Assembly: GCA_937951955.1 (NCBI GenBank)
Contig: CALGAD010000161.1
Coordinates: 2,764 to 66,763 of the forward strand
Reading direction: 5' to 3'
Length of the DNA: 64,000 bases
Origin: an uncultured Bacillaceae bacterium
Lineage (GTDB): Bacteria; Bacillota; Bacilli; Bacillales; Caldibacillaceae
Below the pieces are notes generated by a model that saw only the letters and a program-made list of their open reading frames with translations, ran no database searches and had not been told where the DNA came from. A program made the translations under genes and the position numbers. Every line of letters begins with the position of its first letter. Position 1 is the first letter of the stretch. Positions 33,006 to 41,076 of this stretch are shown piece after piece.

Positions 33006-33225
33006 TAGGAGGCTTCCAAATCAAATGTTTAAAATAATTTCACATGAAATGGATGATAACTTGTACAATCTTCCATTATTTTTACGCATCACAAGCGTTT
33101 ATTAGAACAGGGGGATGGAAGAAAAGTAGAAATGATCATACAAAGAATTTCAAATTTAGAAGTTTTAGTAATAAAACAGCAAATCGATGTATAAAAAACA
33201 AATAAAGAGCATGTTTTTGTGGGAA

Positions 33226-33289
33226 TTGTCAAAGTTTATTCATACTTTAGATAATAATAGTTCACAAAATATTAATATCTCGTTATAAT
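33226..33289 (+). promoter_or_regulatory. Two tandem sigma-A-type promoters upstream of citZ
   Basis: TTGTCA-18-GATAAT (33226-33255) and TTCACA-17-TATAAT (33261-33289). They imply a 5' UTR of roughly 220-260 nt. Confidence 0.45.
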
Positions 33290-33330
33290 ATTAGCTAAAC
33301 AGTGAATGATTAAAAAATTAATGATAATGT

Positions 33331-33344
33331 TGTAAGCATTTTCT
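33331..33344 (+). promoter_or_regulatory. Candidate catabolite-responsive element (cre) in the citZ leader
   Basis: TGTAAGCATTTTCT matches 12 of 14 positions of TGWAANCGNTNWCA. Confidence 0.4.
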
Positions 33345-33514
33345 TTTTCATTTATTCTATTTTTGTAATAAAATATGAATAGCAACTCAACTTTGCGTAA
33401 TTTCTCTTTAATGAAAAGAAAGAAAATTTATTTTTGTGTATACAATTAACTTCCTCGGTGAAGGAATGAATTCTGGTATTTTACGAGAAAAAATTATGTA
33501 AAGGGGAGAGGTTC

Positions 33515-34630
33515 ATGACTGCAACAAAAGGTCTAGAAGGGGTAGTTGCTGCAGAAACGAAAATTAGTTCAATCATCGATGATCAGTTAACATATGTCGG
33601 CTATGATATCGATGATTTAACGGAAAACGCTTCGTTTGAAGAAGTCGTTTACCTACTCTGGCACAAACAATTACCAAATCGCCTCGAACTGGAAGACTTC
33701 AAATTACAGTTGAACCAAAATGCCACCATTCCACAAGAACTCATCGATCACCTCAAATCTTATCCGCTGGATAAAGTTCATCCAATGGCAGCTTTACGTA
33801 CAGCCATATCTTATCTCGCGCTGTTGGATGAAGAGGCAGATGTGATGGATGAGGAGGCAAATTACCGCAAGGCCATCCGCTTGCAAGCAAAAATCGGTAC
33901 AATTGTCGCTGCTTTTGCTAGAATAAGAAAGGGATTGGAGCCGATTGAACCTAGAAAAGATTTAGGCTATGCGGCTAATTTCCTTTATATGTTGAACGGG
34001 AAAGAGCCCGATCCAATTGAAGAGGAAGCATTCAATAAAGCGCTTGTACTGCATGCGGACCATGAATTGAATGCCTCTACCTTTGCGGCCCGGGTTTGCG
34101 TGGCAACTTTATCTGATGTCTATTCTGGAATTACGACTGCAATCGGTACATTAAAAGGACCATTGCATGGTGGTGCTAATGAACAAGTCATGAGAATGTT
34201 AGATGAAATCGGCACGATTGATCGTGTTGAATCTTATATTCAAGATAAATTTACGAAAAAAGAAAAGATCATGGGCTTTGGTCACCGGGTATACCGGAAA
34301 GGAGATCCTCGGGCCAAACATTTAAAACAAATGTCGAAGAAATTAACTGAATTAACCGGAAAGCCGGAGTTATATGAAATGTCCGTAAAAATCGAAGAAA
34401 TTGTAACGTCAGAAAAGAACATTCCGGCAAACGTGGACTTCTATTCGGCCTCGGTTTACCACAGCCTCGGTATTGATACGGATCTATTCACACCAATTTT
34501 CGCTGTAAGCCGTACTTCCGGCTGGTTAGCCCATATTTTAGAACAGTATGCCAACAATCGTTTGATCCGTCCACGGGCTGATTATGTCGGTCCAGGCAAA
34601 CGCGAATATGTAAAATTAGAAGATCGTTAA
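33515..34630 (+). CDS. citZ: Citrate synthase II
   Basis: GFGHRVYRKGDPRA and LHADHELNAST motifs. 371 aa. Confidence 0.95.
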   Translation: MTATKGLEGVVAAETKISSIIDDQLTYVGYDIDDLTENASFEEVVYLLWHKQLPNRLELEDFKLQLNQNATIPQELIDHLKSYPLDKVHPMAALRTAISYLALLDEEADVMDEEANYRKAIRLQAKIGTIVAAFARIRKGLEPIEPRKDLGYAANFLYMLNGKEPDPIEEEAFNKALVLHADHELNASTFAARVCVATLSDVYSGITTAIGTLKGPLHGGANEQVMRMLDEIGTIDRVESYIQDKFTKKEKIMGFGHRVYRKGDPRAKHLKQMSKKLTELTGKPELYEMSVKIEEIVTSEKNIPANVDFYSASVYHSLGIDTDLFTPIFAVSRTSGWLAHILEQYANNRLIRPRADYVGPGKREYVKLEDR

Positions 34631-34718
34631 TTCAGCATTTTGCTAAAAAATAGATGAGTAGGGAAAAAGGTTAGGAGATCATTCCTAGCCTTTATTTAAG
34701 AAAATGGAGGGGACTAGT

Positions 34719-35990
34719 ATGACACAAGCAGAAAAAATAACGGTTAAAAATGGTGAATTACAAGTACCAGATCATCCGATTATTCCGTTTATCGAGGGGG
34801 ATGGAACCGGTCCGGATATTTGGGCTGCTGCATCCCGCGTTCTGGATGCCAGTGTTGAAAAAGCTTATGGTGGAAAACGGAAAATTCACTGGAAAGAAGT
34901 GTATGCCGGGGAGAAGGCATATAAGAAAACTGGTGAGTGGCTGCCGCAAGAAACCCTGGATACAATCCGTGAACATATTATTGCGATAAAAGGGCCGCTT
35001 ACAACACCGGTTGGTGGTGGAATCCGTTCTTTAAACGTTGCCCTGCGTCAAGAACTCGATTTATTCGTATGTTTGCGCCCGGTTCGTTGGTTTGAAGGGG
35101 TTCCTTCCCCTGTGAAACGTCCGCAAGATACGGACATGGTTATTTTCCGTGAAAATACGGAAGATATTTATGCCGGAATTGAATATCAAGCAGGAACACC
35201 GGAAGTAAAGAAAGTCATCAAATTTTTACAGGAAGAAATGGGTGTCAATAAAATCCGTTTCCCGGAAACTTCCGGCATAGGCATTAAGCCAGTTTCCCAA
35301 GAAGGTACAGAACGTCTCGTTCGTGCTGCGATTAAATATGCTCTAAGGGAAGGTAGAAAATCTGTTACCCTTGTACACAAAGGAAATATAATGAAATTTA
35401 CCGAAGGAGCATTCAAGAACTGGGGTTATGAACTAGCTGAAAGAGAATTCGGCGACAAAGTCTTTACATGGGCAGAGTATGACCGCATCAAGGAAGAACA
35501 AGGTGTTGAAGCGGCTAACGAAGCCCAGAAAAAGGCAGAAGAAGAAGGAAAAATTATTGTCAAAGATGCCATTGCCGATATTTTCCTCCAGCAAATTTTA
35601 ACGAGACCGCGGGAATTTGATGTTGTCGCTACAATGAACTTAAACGGTGACTATATCTCTGATGCTCTAGCGGCCCAGGTTGGCGGTATCGGTATCGCTC
35701 CGGGAGCGAACATTAACTATGAAACCGGTCATGCCATTTTCGAAGCAACCCACGGAACTGCACCCAAATATGCAGGGCTCGATAAGGTCAACCCGTCATC
35801 TGTCATTTTATCCGGTGTCTTGATGTTGCAACACATCGGCTGGCATGAAGCCGCTGACTTGATCATTAAGGCCATGGAAAAAACAATCAAATCCAAAGTG
35901 GTCACCTACGACTTTGCCCGCTTGATGGACGATGCGAAAGAGGTCAAATGCTCCGAATTCGGTAATGCCTTAATTGAAAATATGGACTAG
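34719..35990 (+). CDS. icd: NADP-dependent isocitrate dehydrogenase
   Basis: [28 protein letters not shown] 34719 lies 6 nt after GGAGGGG. Confidence 0.96.
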   Translation: MTQAEKITVKNGELQVPDHPIIPFIEGDGTGPDIWAAASRVLDASVEKAYGGKRKIHWKEVYAGEKAYKKTGEWLPQETLDTIREHIIAIKGPLTTPVGGGIRSLNVALRQELDLFVCLRPVRWFEGVPSPVKRPQDTDMVIFRENTEDIYAGIEYQAGTPEVKKVIKFLQEEMGVNKIRFPETSGIGIKPVSQEGTERLVRAAIKYALREGRKSVTLVHKGNIMKFTEGAFKNWGYELAEREFGDKVFTWAEYDRIKEEQGVEAANEAQKKAEEEGKIIVKDAIADIFLQQILTRPREFDVVATMNLNGDYISDALAAQVGGIGIAPGANINYETGHAIFEATHGTAPKYAGLDKVNPSSVILSGVLMLQHIGWHEAADLIIKAMEKTIKSKVVTYDFARLMDDAKEVKCSEFGNALIENMD

Positions 35991-36004
35991 GATTGAACGA
36001 ATTT

Positions 36005-36057
36005 ACAAGACAAGCCATAAAGGGACTGTTCCCCAAGGCTTGTCTTTTATTTTTTTA
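36005..36057 (+). terminator. icd terminator
   Basis: AAGACAAGCC / GGCTTGTCTT stem followed by a TTATTTTTTT run. Confidence 0.75.
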
Positions 36058-36215
36058 TACTCATAAATTAGGAAATAAATACCTTGATAAATAATAGTTG
36101 GTGTATTCGTTGTTACATTGATATAATGAAAAATAGAATAATAGTTCTTTAATAAGAATATTACATGTGTTGTATATTCTGGATGGCGGGGAATTTTATT
36201 TATGGAGGATGGTTT

Positions 36216-36923
36216 ATGACTACAAAAGTTTTAGTCATTGAAGACGAGGAGTCCATTGTTACACTGTTAAAGTATAACCTGACCCGCGCTGGCTATGATG
36301 TAATCACCGCCAATGATGGAGAGGAAGGCTATCGAGCCGCGATTGATGAAAAGCCGGATTTAATCGTACTCGATCTTATGCTTCCGAAAATGGACGGAAT
36401 TGAAGTTTGCAAAGAATTACGCAAACAACAAATTGATACCCCGATACTTATGTTGACGGCAAAGGATGACGAATTTGATAAAGTTCTCGGATTGGAACTC
36501 GGCGCCGATGATTATATGACGAAACCGTTCAGTCCCCGGGAAGTCGTCGCCCGGGTGAAGGCGATTTTACGGCGGACGAAATTCCGTAATGAAAAAAAAG
36601 AAGAGGATGACCTCACAGAAATTCGTGTCGGGGAATTAAGAATTCTACCGGCGCAATATGAAGTGTACCGCAACGGTGAACTCATCGAATTTACACCGAA
36701 GGAATTTGAATTACTCCTTTATTTAGCTCAGAATAAAGGTCGGGTGTTAACGAGAGACCAATTGTTGAATTCCGTGTGGAATTATGATTTTGTTGGCGAT
36801 ACACGAATCGTCGATGTTCATATCAGTCATTTACGGGAAAAAATAGAAGTAAATTCCAAAAAACCGCAATATATTAAAACGATTCGTGGTCTTGGATATA
36901 AATTTGAGGAGCCCCGTGGATGA
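36216..36923 (+). CDS. phoP: OmpR-family response regulator PhoP
   Basis: Receiver domain (DLMLPKMDG) plus winged-helix output domain. Sits upstream of phoR and polA. ATG 36216 follows GGAGGA. Confidence 0.85.
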   Translation: MTTKVLVIEDEESIVTLLKYNLTRAGYDVITANDGEEGYRAAIDEKPDLIVLDLMLPKMDGIEVCKELRKQQIDTPILMLTAKDDEFDKVLGLELGADDYMTKPFSPREVVARVKAILRRTKFRNEKKEEDDLTEIRVGELRILPAQYEVYRNGELIEFTPKEFELLLYLAQNKGRVLTRDQLLNSVWNYDFVGDTRIVDVHISHLREKIEVNSKKPQYIKTIRGLGYKFEEPRG

Positions 36924-38698
36924 AAACATATCGAAGAAAATATATCGTTTCCTTTATCATCATCCAATTGATTTTATTGGTCGGTCTCGCTTTATCTGTT
37001 GCCCATATGGTCCATTATAATACCACGGTAGTTCAGAAAAAATCGCTGGACAAAAAAGCGACTTATATCACAGCAATGCTGAATAAGGATGGCCTGTCTG
37101 AAGCGACGCAAGAAGAAATCGAACGCCTGGCAGACGGGCTCGATCTTTTTATCGCCGTGGTGAATAATGAAGGCGATGTTCTTTACGATAGTGGCAAGCT
37201 CAATGAAGAAGATGATCTAGCCTTTAGAAAATTTGTTTCCGAATCTCTGCCGCGTTTGAAAAAGTCAACGGCTAATCGCATTTACAAAACGGATTATCGT
37301 TTCTATATTTTAGAAAATATTCCTCTTGCACTAGACGAAGAAGGCTATCTCGTTGTTTCCACCCCTAAATTCGAATCGGAAACAGCGACTGTCGATATTT
37401 TTGCGATTATCTTTGTTTTACTACTGCTCGGTACGATTGCTTTATTGTACTTAGGGCGACGCCTCATCAACCAATATACGCAACCGATCGATTCCATTAC
37501 GAAGGTAGCTGTTGAGTTGACGAAGGGTAATTACTCGGCACGTATTTATGAGGAACCGAATAACGAGCTAGGGGTTTTGCAAACGACCTTAAACATTTTA
37601 GCCCGTAATTTACAAGAAGCAACGAAGGCCCAGGAAATCCAGACCGACCGTTTACAAACGATTATCGAAAATATGGGAATGCCTTTAATTTCCATCGATC
37701 AACAAGGGATCGTCACATTAGTGAACCGGACGTATACAGAAATATTCGGGAAAACGAACGAGGAGTTATACGGGCGTTCATACGTTGATTGTATCGAACA
37801 CCGGAAAATCCGGAATATTATCGAAGAAGTGTTTATGACGGAAAAGGGTGTCCGGAAAGAAGTTAAATTATCGATCGGCATCTGGATGAAACATTTTGAA
37901 ATTTACGGTGCGCCGATTATCAGTAACGATAATGAGTGGAAAGGCATTGTTCTTGTCTTTCATGACATAACGGAACTAAAAAAACTGGAGCAAGTGCGCA
38001 AAGATTTTGTCGCGAATGTCTCCCACGAATTAAAAACACCGGTTACCTCCATTAAAGGTTTTGCGGAAACATTACTGGATGGGGCGATGAATGAGCGCGA
38101 GACCTTGCATTCCTTTTTGCAAATCATTCAAAAGGAATCCGATCGTCTGCAGTCGCTCATCTATGACTTGCTCGAATTATCGCGAATCGAAAGGGAAGGG
38201 TTTCAGTTAACGATTGAGCGCGTCGATCTTCATCAAATTGTTCACGATGTTTTGCATACATTAGAGAAAAATGCCGCGAAAAAACGCATTTCTTTGGCGT
38301 ATGAAAATGGTCGTTCCTGTATCATTGAGGGCGACCGGTTGCGGATCCAGCAAATTCTCTTTAATCTAGTAACGAATGCGATATCCTATACACCGCCACG
38401 GGGAAAAGTGACCGTAACGCTATCAGAAGAAAATGATCATGTCAAACTATCGGTAAATGATACGGGAATCGGTATTGAAAAAGAAGAGATTCCACGAATT
38501 TTTGAACGGTTTTATCGAGTCGATAAGGCACGAAGTCGAAACTCAGGAGGAACCGGATTAGGCCTGGCGATTGTGAAACATTTAGTCGATGCCCATAAAG
38601 GAGATATTGTCGTTGATTCCGAATTAGGGAAAGGCTCCTGTTTCACAGTACTGCTACCTAAAAAGTATCCCCGGTTTAAAGAGTTTACAAAAAATTAA
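36920..38698 (+). CDS. phoR: Sensor histidine kinase PhoR
   Basis: Two TM segments, HAMP, PAS, H-box SHELKTPVTSI and G-boxes. ATGA overlap with phoP. Confidence 0.85.
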   Translation: MKTYRRKYIVSFIIIQLILLVGLALSVAHMVHYNTTVVQKKSLDKKATYITAMLNKDGLSEATQEEIERLADGLDLFIAVVNNEGDVLYDSGKLNEEDDLAFRKFVSESLPRLKKSTANRIYKTDYRFYILENIPLALDEEGYLVVSTPKFESETATVDIFAIIFVLLLLGTIALLYLGRRLINQYTQPIDSITKVAVELTKGNYSARIYEEPNNELGVLQTTLNILARNLQEATKAQEIQTDRLQTIIENMGMPLISIDQQGIVTLVNRTYTEIFGKTNEELYGRSYVDCIEHRKIRNIIEEVFMTEKGVRKEVKLSIGIWMKHFEIYGAPIISNDNEWKGIVLVFHDITELKKLEQVRKDFVANVSHELKTPVTSIKGFAETLLDGAMNERETLHSFLQIIQKESDRLQSLIYDLLELSRIEREGFQLTIERVDLHQIVHDVLHTLEKNAAKKRISLAYENGRSCIIEGDRLRIQQILFNLVTNAISYTPPRGKVTVTLSEENDHVKLSVNDTGIGIEKEEIPRIFERFYRVDKARSRNSGGTGLGLAIVKHLVDAHKGDIVVDSELGKGSCFTVLLPKKYPRFKEFTKN

Positions 38699-38771
38699 TG
38701 GTCAATTTATAATCAGTTAACAATGGACGGGTAATATGGAGGATGAAAACCCCGTCATCCAATAATATATG

Positions 38772-38798
38772 GCGAAGCAAATCGATTGCTTCGCTTTT
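38772..38798. terminator. phoR terminator (hairpin usable on both strands)
   Basis: GCGAAGCAA / TTGCTTCGC stem followed by TTTTCC. Confidence 0.7.
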
Positions 38799-39031
38799 CC
38801 TATTTAGAAACGAAATACCGGTCTTCGATCAACGGAGACGATTCTTTGTTTTCTTTCACCTTCAATTTCCAACCTTCATTTACTATACAATCTTCGTTAT
38901 TTTCAATTCCCTCAGGATGAATGCGTTTTATTATTAATATTTTGGAAATTACATTAAAATAAAACTGAAACAATTCCCTTATTGAATCGTATATACTTAG
39001 AGGTAGAGATTCTCGTAGAAAGGAAGATTAT

Positions 39032-40003
39032 ATGATCAGCCTAAAACAGATTTATACATCGATCGGACTTATGTTAGCGATTGCCATTTTAGGCCTTGTG
39101 GCTTTCACGTCCTGGTATACGGTCGATGAATCGGAGCAGGCCGTTGTATTAACGTTCGGGGATGCAGGCGATCCGATTACCGAACCGGGTTTGAAGTTCA
39201 AACTGCCCTGGCCGATTCAAACGGTAGAAAAATTATCGAAAGAAACGTTTAGCCTCGATTTTAAATACACCCCGGGTGAAGGAAATCAAGGAGACCGCCA
39301 GGATACGAAAATGATTACCGGTGATGAAAACATCGTCATCGCCGATTTAGTTGTTCAATGGAGAATTACGGATCCGGTTAAGTTTTTATACAATGTCGAT
39401 GATCCGGAACAGGCACTGTACAATGCGACAAGTGCTTCGTTAAGAGCGATCATCGGGAATTCGCAAATCGATGAGGCGCTAACAGATGGGCGTGCCGAAA
39501 TCGAAGCGAATGTACGGGATTTATTAACGAGATTGATAGAAGAGTACGATATCGGCATTTCTATAATGAACGTAAAATTGCAAAACGTGGATCTTCCGAA
39601 TGATGAAGTGCGGGAAGCCTTTACACGCGTAACCGATGCTCGGGAAACAATGAATACAAAAATTAATGAAGCGAATAAATATCGGAACCAAAAAATTAAC
39701 GAAGCAAATGGAGAGAAAGAAGCGATCATAAGACGGGCTGAAGGTCAGAAAGAAGCCCGGATCCAGCAAGCCCACGGGGATGTCGCCGTGTTTAACAGTT
39801 TGTACAACGCCTATCAGAATAATCAGGAAGTGACGAAAGATCGGCTCATTATTGAAACATTGGAAAAAGTGTTGAAGGATGCCAAAGTGTATATTATGGA
39901 TGATGATGGTGATACGGTGAAGTATTTTCCGATTCCGCCACTGACGAATACAGATAGACCGATAGAAGAAGCTCCTGAGGAAGGAAGTGAACAAAATGAG
40001 TGA
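39032..40003 (+). CDS. hflK: FtsH protease modulator HflK (SPFH/band 7)
   Basis: N-terminal TM helix, SPFH domain (VVLTFGD..., ADLVVQWRITDP) and a coiled-coil tail. Confidence 0.88.
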   Translation: MISLKQIYTSIGLMLAIAILGLVAFTSWYTVDESEQAVVLTFGDAGDPITEPGLKFKLPWPIQTVEKLSKETFSLDFKYTPGEGNQGDRQDTKMITGDENIVIADLVVQWRITDPVKFLYNVDDPEQALYNATSASLRAIIGNSQIDEALTDGRAEIEANVRDLLTRLIEEYDIGISIMNVKLQNVDLPNDEVREAFTRVTDARETMNTKINEANKYRNQKINEANGEKEAIIRRAEGQKEARIQQAHGDVAVFNSLYNAYQNNQEVTKDRLIIETLEKVLKDAKVYIMDDDGDTVKYFPIPPLTNTDRPIEEAPEEGSEQNE

Positions 40004-40922
40004 TGTCATCGATATCGATGAAAAAAGAAGGAATTTGCCTGTAAGAAGATATATCATTTCCGGATTCACGTTGCTGATCATCATGACCGTCCTCTTCCTT
40101 GTTATTTCGAATATTTTCATCGTTCGCGAGGGCGAGTATAAAGTGGTCCGGCAATTTGGTGAAGTCGTTCGCGTGGAAAGCGAACCGGGGCTCTATTTTA
40201 AACTGCCCTTTATCCAATCGGTAACGATGCTGCCTAAATATCAGTTAACCTATGACGTTTCGGAATCCGAGATTACCACTCTCGATAAAAAGCGGGTCAT
40301 CATCGATAACTATGCGATCTGGAAAATTGTCGATCCCATTGACCTGATTACGAACGCCCGGACGATTGAAAACGCCGAAGCCCGGATGGATGAGTTCATT
40401 TATTCGGTCATCCGGACGCAACTCGGTCAGATGAATTACGATGAAATTATCAATGACGAAAAAACGAGCCGGGGTGATTTGAACGAGCGGGTTAAAGAAG
40501 AAGTGAATACATTGCTGGAAAAAGATAAATACGGCATTCAAGTCGTTGATGTACGGATTAAACGGATTGACTTACCGCCGGATAACGAACAATCCGTTTA
40601 TACGAGAATGATTTCCGAACGGGAATCGACAGCTCAAGATTATTTATCAAGAGGGGATGCGCAAGCAAATATTATTCGCGCCGAAACGGATAGAGAGGTA
40701 GACATCATGCTTGCCGAGGCCAGGGCGAATGCCGAGCGGATTCGCGCTGAAGGAGAACAGGAAGCTGCCCGTATCTACAATGAGGCTTTCTCCAAAGACC
40801 CGGAATTTTATCAATTGTACCGGACATTAGAATCGTATAAACAAGTCATTGATGATGAGACGGTGATTATTCTTCCTTCCGATTCACCATATGCACGACT
40901 TTTGCAGGGATTATCTGAATAA
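39996..40922 (+). CDS. hflC: FtsH protease modulator HflC (SPFH/band 7)
   Basis: TM helix then IVREGEYKVVRQFGE. ATG 39996 overlaps the hflK stop, with GAGGAAGGA upstream. Confidence 0.88.
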   Translation: MSDVIDIDEKRRNLPVRRYIISGFTLLIIMTVLFLVISNIFIVREGEYKVVRQFGEVVRVESEPGLYFKLPFIQSVTMLPKYQLTYDVSESEITTLDKKRVIIDNYAIWKIVDPIDLITNARTIENAEARMDEFIYSVIRTQLGQMNYDEIINDEKTSRGDLNERVKEEVNTLLEKDKYGIQVVDVRIKRIDLPPDNEQSVYTRMISERESTAQDYLSRGDAQANIIRAETDREVDIMLAEARANAERIRAEGEQEAARIYNEAFSKDPEFYQLYRTLESYKQVIDDETVIILPSDSPYARLLQGLSE

Positions 40923-40960
40923 TTGTGTTTTGAAAAAAACTTTCTAAATGTAGATGTTAA

Positions 40961-41000
40961 AGCCGGTTCTAGAATATGGGACCGGCAATTTCTTTTTTTA
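40961..41000 (+). terminator. hflC terminator
   Basis: GCCGGTTC / GGACCGGC stem followed by AATTTCTTTTTTT. Confidence 0.65.
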
Positions 41001-41076
41001 CGGATCACATGATAGAATAAGGAGAGTAAAGAATCGTAACAGAAATTTTGTTCATGAAGAAACGAGGGGATCGATA

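Noticed and set aside
32542-33024. 160-aa alternative-frame minus-strand ORF overlapping the 5' half of ytvI.
   Set aside because: The ytvI frame gives a coherent multi-TM AI-2E-type protein over 379 codons. The alternative frame is Arg/Cys/Phe-rich and non-homologous.
38743-38937. 64-aa plus-strand ORF after phoR.
   Set aside because: It spans the phoR terminator hairpin, has no RBS and has a Phe-rich, low-information sequence.
39524-40120. 198-aa minus-strand ORF antisense to hflK/hflC.
   Set aside because: Shadow ORF opposite two strongly supported conserved genes. Its translation is Phe/Ile/Arg-rich with no recognisable motif and no RBS.
40954-41076. ATG-initiated N-terminal extensions offered by the ORF track for polA. 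The same occurs for dnaE (22348), nrdR (47043), phoP (36165), icd (34704), coaE (44662) and infC (57629).
   Set aside because: The extensions overlap upstream terminators or leaders, lack an RBS, and are not part of the conserved N-termini. Internal starts have well-spaced Shine-Dalgarno sequences.
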